DNA of 64,000 nt from Anaeramoeba ignava BMAN (lineage: Eukaryota > Protista > Anaeramoebae), in the NCBI GenBank assembly GCA_028826165.1, contig JAPDFW010000103.1:124001-188000 (forward strand). Direction: 5' to 3'. Under the pieces are notes generated by a model, which saw nothing but the letters and a program-made list of their open reading frames with translations, ran no database searches and was not told the origin of the DNA. Positions 52,116-64,000 of the stretch are shown here, piece after piece (the stretch's first letter is position 1; each line of letters starts with the position of its first letter). The position numbers were made by a program, and so were the translations under genes.

Positions 52116-55100
52116 ATGAATCAAAAGAATATAATAGCAAGAGTTATTGGGTAAAAACAAACAAAAAACAAAACAAAAAACGAAAAACAAAAAATGATTA
52201 ATTTTTTGGAACAAAAAAAAAAATACAATTTAAAAAATTTTTTAAAAAAACTAAAACAATAAGATTAACACCACATTCTGTATCGAAAGATATAAAAAAA
52301 GCCAAAACAACGATGGGAAGGGATCGAGGATGTGATATTTTGCTTCCTGAACCAGTATATTCAGCAAAGCATTGTACAATTACATATGTTTCAAGTTATC
52401 GATCACAAGATCAAATTCTATCCAAATTTCAGTTAGAAGACACAAGTACAAATGGGACCTTTGTAAATGGTCAGAAAGTCACTAATAAAGTTCCCCTTTT
52501 TGATGGTGATGAGATTTCTTTTATTGACCCTTATGTTTTAAGTGAAGTTTCTGAGCATAAAGAAATTCATCTTTATTATTCTTTTCAATTTCAAGATTTT
52601 ACTCATAAATCAAACAAAGATATTTTTCCAATAAAGGTTTTCTTTCAATTCATTTATAAATTCATTTATAAATTCATTTATAAATTAATTTATAAATTAA
52701 AATTCATTTATAAATTAAAATCAAAATAAAAATTAATTTATATATCAAAATTCATTTATATAATAAAATTCATTTATAAATTAAAATTCATTTATATATT
52801 AAAATTCATTTATAAATTAAAATTCATTTATATATTAAAATTCATTTATATATTAAAATTCATTTATAAATTAAAATTCATTTATAAATTAAAATTCATT
52901 TATAAATTAAAATTCATTTATAAATTAAAATTCATTTATAAATTAAAATTCATTTATAAATTAAAATTCATTTATAAATTAAAATTAAAATAAAAATTAA
53001 AATTAAAAAGGAAGAAACGCAAAAAATTGAAGTGATTGAAAAAAAAAATCCACAAGAATTTCTTGAATGGATACAAGTTCACTCAGTTCCTTACGCTCTA
53101 AGAATTCTCAAACAAATAATTAAACAAGATTACATCAATTTAAGAGACAACGAACAAATCCCATTATGGACAACAAAATTTGTTGATATCAAAGGATTAG
53201 AATTTTTATTCTCTTTAATAAACGAAAAACTAACAAAATTTACAAGAAATTCTCTCGACCGTTTAATCGAAATTGAAAGCATCCGTTGCATTATGAGAAT
53301 ATTTAATATCCAATTCAAATGGATTGGTGAAGATCATCATTTGGATCTTTTTTTGCAAATGTTAAATTCTGATAATGCTGTTGCAAAATATAAAATTTTA
53401 AGAATCATGTCTGCAATAATACGTCTTGATAAAAGACACGGAGCAAAGTAAGTCAATAAGAAAAAAAAAGAGAAAAATAATAAAGATTAAGATTCTAAAA
53501 AAAAATATTGAAAACAAACGGTGGGTTATTAATTAAAAATTTTTGCTTTTTTTTTTGTTCCACTTTTTTTTTTTTGATTTATTTTTTTTTTTGATTTATT
53601 ATTAGAAATATTCTGAAGGCTTTTTCAAGACCAAAAATTAAAGGTGTAACTCCAACAAGATTTGGAAGACTTATTAGAGCAATCAAAGAAGAAAATGATG
53701 TCTCATTTCAAGTATTATCACTGCTGCTCATCAACGATCTCATTCAAGGCCACAAAAAAATCTCAGAAAGATCCAAATTAAGAGAAGAGTTAATGGGCGA
53801 TGGATTTGAAGGAGTTCTTGAAAAAATGAGGGAGTTCAACGTACCGCCAGTTGTTGATCAAGTGGCTATTTTTGAAACTGAAAAAGAAGTTGATGATCAT
53901 CAATTGCATCCAAAATTCAAATCTGCTGATCCTCTTTTTATAGCTCAATTTCTTATGCGAGCACTTGATGGAACACCAGAATATCCACTGTTTCAAAACG
54001 TGATGAAAAAATTCACAAAGGTCTCAATGGGATCTTCAAGGTTCTTACTTTGGAATCTTCTGGAGAAGTTTGTCTGCACTTCTTTGATGGGAAGAGACTT
54101 TTTTACAGACGAAATTCAACAACTTTCTTCGATTGCTAATGAAATTAGTGATGAGGAATTAAAGCTCGAAATTGAGCGCAAAATTGATGGATATTTTGAG
54201 ATCCTTTCGCAGAAACAAAAGGAAAAAATTGCGTTATTGGAATCTGTTATGCAAAAGAAGAATGAAATGAAAAGTATTCAAGATCAGGATTTAAAAAAGA
54301 AAAAAGAACAAGAAATTCGTGATTTGAGAGGAAAAATATTACAAAATGAAGGAGTTGATTTTGATCTTGCAAGTTTCTTTTTATCAACTTCAGAAAAAGA
54401 TTTGAAAAGACAAGCAGAATTGCTCAATCCAAAAAAAAAGGAATTAAAACCTATTGTTGAAACAAAGATTGAGACAAAGGAAGATTTGGAGGAAAAAAAC
54501 AACGAAAACATTGAGCAACCGAATGAAAACGTGAATAAATTTGCAGAGAAACTAAAACAAGTACAAAAAAAAAGGGATCAAAACGAACCTAAAAAGCCAG
54601 TTGAAAAGCCAGTTAAAAAACCAAATGAAATTAAAAAACCAAATGAAATTGAAAAACCAAATGAAATTGAAAAACCAAATGAAATTAAAAAACCAAATGA
54701 AGTTAAAAAACCAAATGAAGTTAAAAAACCAAATGAAGTTAAAAAACCAAATGAGGAATTGAAAAAACAAAGATCAATTTTTTTGAAAAAAGATGATTCA
54801 ATAGAAATGATAAGTATGAATATTATGGGTGATGAAGAAAAAAAGGGGGGATTACCCCTTACCGGCGGACCACCACCTCCACCAATTTCAGGAGGACCAC
54901 CACCACCAATGGGAGGACCGCCACCACCAATGGGAGGACCGCCACCGCCAATGGGAGGACCACCAATGGGAGGACCACCACCACCAATGGGAGCAATGAG
55001 AGCAAATATTCCAGATCTTCATATCCCAAAACCATCTGTTGAATTAACATCAATTTTTTGGCAGAAAATCCCCGTTTCAAAATACGAAATGTCAATTTGG

Positions 55101-56315
55101 AAAGAGGTTGTTGATATTCTAACCGAAAAAGAACTCGAAATGAAAACAGAAGATATTGAAGATATGGAGGAACTTTTCGCAGCGAAAAAATCAGGAATCA
55201 AACTTAAAGAAAAAGTGGAAGATCAACCAAGTATACTTGATTCTAAACGTTTACAAACAGCGGGGACAGTTTTAAAGAAATGGAAGCTTGATAACCAAGT
55301 CTTAATTGAGGCGGTTAGAAATATGGATATTCAAATCATTGATATCGATCATATTGTTTCATTCAAGGCAATTTCACCGAATGAAACAGAAAGAAAAACA
55401 ATAGAAAATTTCGAAGGAAATCCGCTTAAACTTTCAGAAGCGGAACAACTTATGATTGAGTTCTCAAAGATGCCTTTATTTGAAGAAAAAGTACAAGCAA
55501 TTGAAACCATCCTAAATTTCGAAGAAAATCTCGAGGAAATCAAAAACGTGATCCGATCGATCCATCACGGATCCGTTGCTCTTCTCAAATCGCAAGCTCT
55601 TCGGAAGCATCTTTCAGTTATGCTTTATCTCGGAAATTTCTGCAACATGGGGAAGGCACAAGGAAATTGTGTTGGATTCAAAGTGGAATTTATGGAGAAA
55701 ATTGGGGACAAAATAACGAATAAGGAAAAATTCACTTTGATGCATTTTTTGGCTAGTATAATCCAAAAGAAATTTCCTGAAATGATTGATGTTTCAATGC
55801 TTCATCAAATTCTCAGCGAAGCTTCATTATTTTCCATTCCCGAAATCAGTGAGAAATCATCAAAAATCAAAGAGTCTCTTAATCTAATTCAGTCACTTGA
55901 TTCAAAACTTAAAGATGGAGATCAAGATAAAATTGTGGTCTCAAATTTCCTCCAAAAAGCATCAAGTGATTTCGCAAATATTTCAAAAGATCTTCAAACA
56001 ATGTCGCAATCTTTCGAAATTATTGCAACGTTTTTTTTGGAACCCAAAGACAAAAATTCCCAAGAATTTTTCAAATCTTTTTCTGTTTATTTCGATAAGT
56101 TTGGAAAGGCTTCTAAAGAAAATAAAAATAATGATGCTGTTTTGAGACATAAGAAATCAATCCAAAAACAAATGAGTTTAATTCGTCAAGAAAGTAGAAA
56201 GAAATCTCAAAATAAAATGGTTAATGAATCTTTGAAAACAACTCAAACACTTCAATCTTTGAAAGTTGAATCCACAAATTTATTTTTAACAAGTCGTCTA
56301 AAAAATCGGAAATGA
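52116..56315 (+). CDS. Formin with N-terminal FHA domain, GBD/FH3-like region, FH1 and FH2
   Basis: FHA motifs GR..SAKH..DTSTNGTFVNG; exons 52116-, 52264-, 53011-, 53606-56315; GGPPPPM FH1; FH2 motifs IFWQKIP, ILDSKRLQ, LYLGNFCN, GFKV, TLMHFL. Confidence 0.88.
54619..54755 (+). repeat. 18-bp coding tandem repeat (KPNEIK/KPNEVK)
   Basis: aaaccaaatgaa(a/g)tt(a/g)aa units visible within the formin. Confidence 0.85.
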
Positions 56316-56339
56316 TTTTTTTTTATCAACAATTAATTT

Positions 56340-57185
56340 CTAATTTCTAATTTAAATTAAAATCTAATTATAATTTTAAATCTAAATCTAAATATAATTC
56401 TAATTCTAAATCTAAATCTAAATCTAATTCTAAATATAATTCTAAATATAAATATAATTCTAATTATAATTTTAAATATAATTCTAAATCTAATTCAATT
56501 CTAAATATAAATATAATGTAAATTATAATTTTTAATTTTAATTCTAATTTTAATTCTAATTTAATTCTAATTTTAAATATAATTCTAATTCTAAATATAA
56601 TTCTAATTCTAAAATATAAATCTAATTAAATAAATATAAATATGATTCTAAATATAATTATAATATAAAATCTAAATCTAAATCTAATTTTAATTTAATT
56701 TAATTATAAATCTAAATCTAAATCAAAAATAAATATAATTTTAATTTAAATCAAATAAATATAATTCTAAATATAAATCTAATTATAAATTAAAAAATAT
56801 AATTCTAAAATATAATTTTAAATTTAAATATAATTCTAAATATAATTATAATTCTAAATATTCTAAATATAATTATAAATCTAAATATAATTTTAAATTT
56901 AATTCTAAATCTAAATATAATTCTAATTCTAAATATAATTAATTTAAAATATAAATATAAATATAATTATAAATATAAATCTAAATCTAATTCTAAATCT
57001 AATTTAAATCTAATTCTAAATTCTAAAATATAATTCTAATTTAAAATAAATATAAAATTAAATATAATTCTAAATCTAAATCTAAATCTAAATTCAAATC
57101 TAATTATAATTATAATTTAAAATTTAATTATAAATTTAAATTTAATTCTAATTCTAATTCTAAATATAATTTAATTATAATTTAA
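56340..57185. repeat. Degenerate (TCTAAA/TATAAT)n intergenic repeat
   Basis: Directly visible. Confidence 0.8.
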
Positions 57186-57274
57186 AATATTTTTTAAAAG
57201 CAAAAAAATTTTTTTTTTCATTTTTTTTTTCATTTTTTATTATCATAATAAAACAAAAAGGAACAAAAATAAAA

Positions 57275-59194
57275 ATGCATTTAAATAAAACAAAAACACC
57301 CAAAAAAAATCAAAAAGAAAAAAAAGAAAAATTAAAACAAATTTATGAAGCAATTAAAACAAATAATATTCAATTTTTTGATTCAATTCCAAGTTTAAAA
57401 GCAAAAAAATTTCAAAAAGAAAATGAATCATTTCTAAATTTTGCATTTGAAAACAATTCAAAAAAAGAAATTATTGAATTATTAATTTCAAAAGGATCTG
57501 ATCTTACTTCAAGAAACAAACGAAATGAAATACCTTTATATGTTGCTTTGAGGAACCAAAATCTAAATGAAATCATTGAATTATTAATTTCAAAAGGATC
57601 TAATATTAATTCTAAAAATGATTGGGGTGAAATACCTTTACATGTTGCTTTGGAAAGAAACTATTCAAAAGAAATTATTGAATTATTAATTTCAAAAGGT
57701 TCTGATATTAATTCTAAAAATAAAGACAATCTTAAAGAAATTATTGAATTATTAATTTCAAAAGGTTCTGATCTTAATTCAAGAAACAAACTAAATGAAA
57801 TACCTTTACATGCCGCTTTGGAGAATAAAAATTCAAATGAAACTATTCAATTATTAATTTCAAAAGGTTCTGATGTTAATTCTAAAAATAAAGAAGATGA
57901 AAACAAACTAAATCAAAAAGAAATTATTGAAATACCTTTACATGCCGCTTTGGAGAATAAAAATTCAAATGAAACTATTCAATTATTAATTTCAAAAGGT
58001 TCTGATCTTAATTCTAAAAATAAAGAAGATGAAATACCTTTACATATTGCTTTGAAAAAGAAATATTCAAAAGAAATTATTGAATTATTAATTTCAAAAG
58101 GTTCTGATCTTAATTCAAGAAACAAACTAAATGAAATACCTTTACATGTTGCTTTGGAGAATAAAAATCCAAAAGAAATTATTGAATTATTAATTTCAAA
58201 AGGATCTGATCTTAATTCAAGAAACAATCAAAATAAAATACCTTTACATGTTGCTTTGGAGAATAAAAATCCAAAAGAGATTATAATTCTATTAATGAGA
58301 TATTTAAATATTTTTGAATTGAAAGATCATGAAATTAATCAAGAAATAATTAATTTATTTCCAAAAATTTATTCATTTATTGATGATTTAAACAATTTTT
58401 TGAAATCAAATGAATTTACAGATATTGGAATTACGAGTAGTGATAATGAAATAATTAAAGCTCATAAACAAATTTTATTGATTCGATTTGATAATAACCA
58501 AAAAACTTTAACAAGATTTATCAATATTTGCAGAAGAAAACCAAAAGAAATTATTCAATTTGTATTAAATTTTCTTTATACTGGATTTGTTGATTTTGAT
58601 AAACTTATTGAAAATTTCGATAATCAATTTATTCAAAAAAAATCAGGAATTGATCCAAACTATCAATTTTTATTTTCAAAACAAATTGAAAAAATACAAA
58701 AAGAAAAGCAAGAACCAATTTTAAATGAAATTGAAAAACAAAAAGAAATTGAAGCAGGTTTAACTTATGATTTATTTGAAAAAACAGAATTAGATTTAAA
58801 TTGGATTAAAGAAAAAGAAGGAATAAAAGGAATATTAAAAGATTTTGAAGCATTTTCTCAACAAAATTCAACAAAAGATTTTACAATAATTGTTGAAGAA
58901 AAACAAATCAAAGTTCATAAATTAATATTACAAATAAGAAGTGAATTATTTAGAGGAATGTTTTTAAGTGTTAATGATTCATCAAATCAAGTTCATGATT
59001 ATTCAGAAAAATCATTTGAAACAATTAATCAATTAATTTATTTCTTTTATAATGATGAAATTGATGAAACAAAAATAGCAAAAGAAAATATTGAAGAATT
59101 TATTGATTTAAAAGATTTTTACCAATTAAACCAAAAATCAATTTTAGGATCTTATTTACTTGATTTTTATTCAGAATCTCTTTCAAAGAAATAA
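57275..59194 (+). CDS. Ankyrin-repeat + tandem BTB/POZ domain protein (intronless)
   Basis: Eight LLISKGS ankyrin units; BTB motifs FTDIGI..IKAHKQIL and DFTIIVEEKQIKVHKLILQIRSELFRGMF. Confidence 0.88.
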   Translation: MHLNKTKTPKKNQKEKKEKLKQIYEAIKTNNIQFFDSIPSLKAKKFQKENESFLNFAFENNSKKEIIELLISKGSDLTSRNKRNEIPLYVALRNQNLNEIIELLISKGSNINSKNDWGEIPLHVALERNYSKEIIELLISKGSDINSKNKDNLKEIIELLISKGSDLNSRNKLNEIPLHAALENKNSNETIQLLISKGSDVNSKNKEDENKLNQKEIIEIPLHAALENKNSNETIQLLISKGSDLNSKNKEDEIPLHIALKKKYSKEIIELLISKGSDLNSRNKLNEIPLHVALENKNPKEIIELLISKGSDLNSRNNQNKIPLHVALENKNPKEIIILLMRYLNIFELKDHEINQEIINLFPKIYSFIDDLNNFLKSNEFTDIGITSSDNEIIKAHKQILLIRFDNNQKTLTRFINICRRKPKEIIQFVLNFLYTGFVDFDKLIENFDNQFIQKKSGIDPNYQFLFSKQIEKIQKEKQEPILNEIEKQKEIEAGLTYDLFEKTELDLNWIKEKEGIKGILKDFEAFSQQNSTKDFTIIVEEKQIKVHKLILQIRSELFRGMFLSVNDSSNQVHDYSEKSFETINQLIYFFYNDEIDETKIAKENIEEFIDLKDFYQLNQKSILGSYLLDFYSESLSKK

Positions 59195-59273
59195 AAATCA
59201 AAAATTTTTTTTCAATTTTAAAAGCATTTTGAATTTGATTTTTATTCCAAATATTTTTGAAAAGCAAAAAAAA

Positions 59274-60253
59274 TCAATTTGAATTTTGAGGAATTTTTGA
59301 AGATAAATTTGATTTTATATTTAATTCTTTTTTCATTTGTTTTGAATTGGATTGATTTTGAAGTGATTTTTTATTCTGACTTTCAAATTGTAAAAATGAT
59401 TCAAAATTTTTTTTTTCTTGATCTTCTTCTTTTTTTTTCTTCATTTTTTCTTGATGAATTAAAGAAGAAATTTTGAGAGTTTCTTTTTGTTTTTTAATTT
59501 GATTCATTTTCTTTTCTAATTCATTTTTTTGTTCCATTTTTGCTAAAAAACTAACTTTTTGAGCTTCTTTTAAAATTTGGAATTTTTCTTTTTCTTGAAT
59601 TTTTTTTTTCTTATTGATTAAATCTTGATTAAATTGATTAATTTTTTTTTGATCTTCAAATTTTTTTTTTTTATTTTCCATTTTTTCTTCTTCTTCATTT
59701 TTTTTGTTTTTATTTAATTCAGATCTTAATTTATTTTTGAGCTTTTCTTCATTTTTTTTTGATATTTCTTTTTCCAATTTTTTTTGTTTAATTTGTTCAT
59801 TTAATTTTTGAAATTCTTCATTTTTTTTTTGTTTTCTTTTTTCTTCTTCTTCTTTTTCTTTTTTGAATAATTCTTGAATTTTTAATTGAAAATTTTCTTC
59901 TTCTTTTTTTTTTCTTTTAATTTCTTCTTCTTTTTCAAGTTTTTTTTGTTGGATTTGATTTTGAAAAAATAATTTCAATCCAATTTTTTGATCTTCTTCT
60001 TTTTTTATTTTTATTTTTTGATCTTCTTCTTTTATTTTTATTTTTTGATCTTCTTCTTTTATTTTTAATCCTGACTTTTGCTTTTTTAAAAAGAAAATTG
60101 AATAAAATTTAATTTATAAAAATAATTCATTTTGATTTTTCTTTTTATTTTTCTTACTTTAATTTTTTCCAATTCTTTTTCTGTTATTTTGATTTTATTT
60201 TCTGAAATTTTTGTTGGAATTAATTTTTTATTGTTTTTTGAATTCAGATTCAT
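59274..60253 (-). CDS. K/E/Q-rich coiled-coil hypothetical protein
   Basis: ATG 60253 MNLNSKNNKK..., GTAAG intron about 60157-60082, then ORF to 59274. Confidence 0.5.
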
Positions 60254-60542
60254 TTGAATTTGATTTAAATTCTTATTTGTTTTTAAAAAAAAAATTTTGA
60301 AAAGAAAAATGGATCAAAATCTCCTTTTTTTTTTTTTTTCAAAAGAAAAATGGATCAAATTAAAATTAAAATTCCTTTTTAAAAATAAATTAAAAGATAA
60401 AATTAAAATTAAAATTAAAATTAAAATTAAATTAAAATCAAAATTAAAAATCAAAATAAAATCAAAATCAAAATTAAAATTAAAATTAAAATTAAAATTA
60501 AAATTAAAAATTCATTTTTTTCATTTTTTTTCTTTTTCGAAA

Positions 60543-62356
60543 ATGAATGAAATTTTATTTTTTGGTTTAAATAAAAACCCAAAACTTATCAAAAATGAAC
60601 CAGATGAAATAACAAAACCAATTCAATTTAAATTTGAAAATGAAAATGAAAATGAAAATGAAAAACAAATTAAACAAATTTCAACAGGAGATTATTCAAC
60701 AATTTTCCTTTTTAAAAATGGAAAAGCAATAGAATATTTATTTAATTCAAATCAAAATCCTCGAAAAATCCAAATTGAAGAAAATATTCAAAAAGTAACT
60801 GTTGGTTATCGAAATGAAGCTATTTTAACAATAGAAGGAAATGTATTTGCCAAAGGGAGATATATTAATTCAAAAAATTCAAAAGAATTTATCAATATTT
60901 CATCATTAATTCAAGATCCAAATGATAGAATAATTGAAGATGTTGTTTCTGGATCTGGTTCAATTTACTTATTAACTTCAAATCAAAATGCTTATGGAAT
61001 TGGTGATATTAAGATGGTCAACTTGGTTTTGATTCTAACACCTTTAGACTCTTTAAAAAACCAGTTTTAATGATGAAAAATGTTTCTAAAATATTTTCAG
61101 GAAATTCTTCAAATCATGTTTTTCTTTTAAATTCAAATCAAGAATTATTTGTATGTGGATTAAATAGGCATGGTCAACTTGGATTAGGAGAAACATTAAA
61201 AGAAGAAAAATCCATAAATTAACACAAATTCAAAATATTCCAAATGAAAAAATAATTGATATTCAATGTGGATTTATTCATTCAATAATGTTGATTGAAG
61301 ATGAAAATCTAAATCTAAAAAGAAAACTTTGTTCATGTGGCTATTATCATTATAATGGACTTGGCAAAAATGAAAATACTTATGAATTTACTGAAATCAA
61401 ATCATCTTTATTTGAAAATGATGATAATATTCTTGATTTTTCTGTTGGAAATGCACATACTTTGATTTTAACATCCAAATCAAAATTGATAGGATTTGGA
61501 AATAATTTTAATGCTCAATTAGGAACTGGAGATACAAATAATCAATTAATTCCAATTCAAATTGAACTTCCTGAATTAAGATTTAATGAAGATATTTCCA
61601 ATTATCATATTTATTGTGGAGGTTCCTGCTCATTTCTTTATTATTCTCCTCCTTCTTTTTCCAATCTTGAAGAAGATTTGATAAAACTATTTAGAAGAAA
61701 AGAATTTTGCAATATTTCATTTAAAACAGAAAATGGAGAAATAATTGAAGCTCATAAATTAATATTGAAATATAGATTAAATCAAAATCAAAATGAAATT
61801 GAAAAACTTCAAGAAATTATTTCAAATAAATCAATTAAAGAATCAAATCAAATATTTGAAATGATTTATTCAAACAATTCCAAAATAAATCCAAAATTAT
61901 ATTCTGAAATCTAAAGAAATTATAAATTCAAATGAAAAAATTGAAGAAACAATGAAAAGAATTTATTTAAATGAAAATGAAAATGAAAATGAAAAAGATT
62001 TTATAATTGAAAGAAAAGAAAAACAATATAAATTTCCAAAATTAATATTAATAATGAGAAGTGAATTATATCGAGGAATGTTTTTATCTGTAACTGAAGA
62101 TAAATCTAATAAAGTTACAGATTATAGTGAATTAAGTGATAAATCATTTCAAATAATTGAATATTGGATTTATTCAAATCAAATTAAAGATGATATCCAA
62201 ATTACAAAAAGAATGATTAAATCAATTAAAAGAGGAATTGATTATTTTCAATTAAATCAAACAAATCCAAATTTATCTGATTTATTAATTAAGAAATTAA
62301 ATAATCAAAATTATCAAGAATTTCAAATTAAATTACAAAATCAAAATCAAAATTAA
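60543..62356 (+). pseudogene. RCC1-repeat + BTB protein, copy 1 (three frameshifts; pseudogene or assembly error)
   Basis: Near-identical to the downstream copy; GQLG RCC1 motifs and BTB motifs IEAHKLIL / LILIMRSELYRGMF; frame breaks near 61012, 61210 and 61911. Confidence 0.7.
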
Positions 62357-62526
62357 AATTCAAAATTAAAATTAAAATTAAAATTAAAATCAAAATCAAA
62401 ATCAAAATTAAAATTAAAATTAAAATTAAAATTAAAATCAAAATCAAAATCAAAATTAAAATTAAAATTCAAAATTAAAATTAAAATTCCAAAATTCATT
62501 TTTTTTCATTTTTTTTCTTTTCAAAA

Positions 62527-64000
62527 ATGAATGAAATTTTATTTTTTGGTTTAAATAAAAACCCAAAACTTATCAAAAATGAACCAAAAGAAATAATAAC
62601 AAAACCAATTCAATTTAAATTTGAAAATGAAAATGAAAATGAAAATGAAAATGAAAATGAAAAACAAATTAAACAAATTTCAACAGGAAATTATTCAACA
62701 ATTTTCCTTTTTGAAAATGGAAAAGCAATAGAATATTTACAAAATTCAAATCAAAATCCTTCAAAAATCCAAATTGAAGAAAATATTCAAAAAGTAACTG
62801 TTGGCTATCGAAATGAAGCTATTTTAACAATAGAAGGAAATGTATTTGCCAAAGGATACGATATTAATCCAAATAATACAAAAGAATTTATCAATATTTC
62901 ATCATTAATTGAAGATATAAATGATAGAATAATTCAAGATGTTGTTTCTGGATACGATTCAATTTATTTATTAACTTCAAATCAAAATCCTTATGGAATT
63001 GGTTCAAATCAAATTGGTCAACTTGGTTTTGATTCTAAAACACTTAAAAAAACAGAAAAACCAATTTTAATGATGAAAAATATTTCTAAAATATTTTCAG
63101 GAAATTCTTCAAATCATGTTTTTCTTTTAAATTCAAATCAAGAATTATTTGGATGCGGATATAATTATTATGGTCAACTTGGATTAGGAGAATCAAGAAA
63201 AGAAATAAAAATCGAAAAATTAACCAAAATCCAAAATATCCCAAAAGGTAAAATAATTGATATCAAATCTGGATATGCTTATTCAGTAATGTTGATTGAA
63301 AATCAAAATGAAAATGAAGATCCAAAAAGAAAACTTTATTCATGTGGCTATTATCATTATAATGGACTTGGCAAAAATGAAAATACTTATGAATTTACTG
63401 AAATAAAATCATCTTTATTTGAAAATGATGATAATATTCTTGATTTTTCTGTTGAAGAGGATCATACTTTGATTTTAACATCCAAATCAAAATTGATAGG
63501 ATTCGGAGATAATGCATATGGTCAATTAGGAACTGGAGATACAAATAATCAATTAATTCCAATTCAAATTGAACTTCCTGAATTAAGATCTAATGAAGAT
63601 ATTTCCAATTATCATGTTTATTGTGGATATAACAATTCATTTCTTTATTATTCTCCTCCTTCTTTTTCCAATCTTGAAGAAGATCTGATAAAATTATTTG
63701 AAAGAAAAGAATTTTGCAATATTTCATTTAAAACCAAAAATGGAGAAATAATTGAAGCTCATAAATTAATATTAAAATATAGATTAAATCAAAATCAAAA
63801 TCAAAATGAAAAACTTCAAGAAATTATTTCAAAAAAATCAATTAAAGAATCAAATCAAATATTTGAAATGATTTATTCAAACAGAATCCAAATAAATCCA
63901 AAATTATATTATGAAATTAAAGAAATTATAAATTTAAATGAAAAAATTGAAGAAACAATGAAAAGAATTTATTTAAATGAAAATGAAAAAGATTTTATTA
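62527..64000 (+). CDS. RCC1-repeat + BTB protein, copy 2 (runs off window end)
   Basis: MNEILFFGLNKNPKLIK..., GSNQIGQLG, GYNYYGQLG, GDNAYGQLGTGD, FCNISFKTKNGEIIEAHKLIL; open to the window edge. Confidence 0.85.
   Translation, partial: MNEILFFGLNKNPKLIKNEPKEIITKPIQFKFENENENENENENEKQIKQISTGNYSTIFLFENGKAIEYLQNSNQNPSKIQIEENIQKVTVGYRNEAILTIEGNVFAKGYDINPNNTKEFINISSLIEDINDRIIQDVVSGYDSIYLLTSNQNPYGIGSNQIGQLGFDSKTLKKTEKPILMMKNISKIFSGNSSNHVFLLNSNQELFGCGYNYYGQLGLGESRKEIKIEKLTKIQNIPKGKIIDIKSGYAYSVMLIENQNENEDPKRKLYSCGYYHYNGLGKNENTYEFTEIKSSLFENDDNILDFSVEEDHTLILTSKSKLIGFGDNAYGQLGTGDTNNQLIPIQIELPELRSNEDISNYHVYCGYNNSFLYYSPPSFSNLEEDLIKLFERKEFCNISFKTKNGEIIEAHKLILKYRLNQNQNQNEKLQEIISKKSIKESNQIFEMIYSNRIQINPKLYYEIKEIINLNEKIEETMKRIYLNENEKDFI

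Noticed and set aside
1-64000. Inteins, transposases, tRNA or rRNA genes
   Set aside because: No Hint/LAGLIDADG, transposase or reverse-transcriptase motifs, and no GC-rich structured RNA segments recognised by eye. A covariance-model and HMM search would be needed to exclude them fully.

Overview
Very AT-rich, intron-rich eukaryotic (protist) genomic DNA with about 17 protein-coding genes. The RCC1-BTB and ANK-BTB genes, TCATTT initiator-like motifs and N/Q/I low-complexity tracts suggest an Anaeramoeba-like metamonad (inference only). Housekeeping genes: SLC12 cation-chloride cotransporter, BFR1/PPI-like coiled-coil protein, TTBK/CK1-family kinase, TLC-domain ceramide synthase, Sec24, prolyl oligopeptidase, eIF2B-delta and an FHA-formin. 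There are also ARM-PH-ANK, ANK-BTB, tandem RCC1-BTB and beta-helix surface protein genes. The standout signal, almost invisible to the ORF track, is at 10-8809 on the minus strand: two tandem paralogous ankyrin-repeat genes. Each ankyrin repeat is a phase-0 exon (96 nt in most cases). The introns between repeats carry regularly spaced arrays of 3-nt, single-codon microexons (NAG|NNN|GT; about 68 in total, arrays of 3-4, 13, 10 and 7-8) that fall in the ligand-contacting beta-hairpin loop. Slot counts are conserved between the paralogs while the codons are almost wholly different and none is a stop. This suggests a splicing-based, codon-by-codon combinatorial diversifier of ankyrin binding surfaces. 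Several single-base frameshifts in homopolymers look like long-read assembly errors. All exon structures were read by eye and need RNA-seq confirmation.
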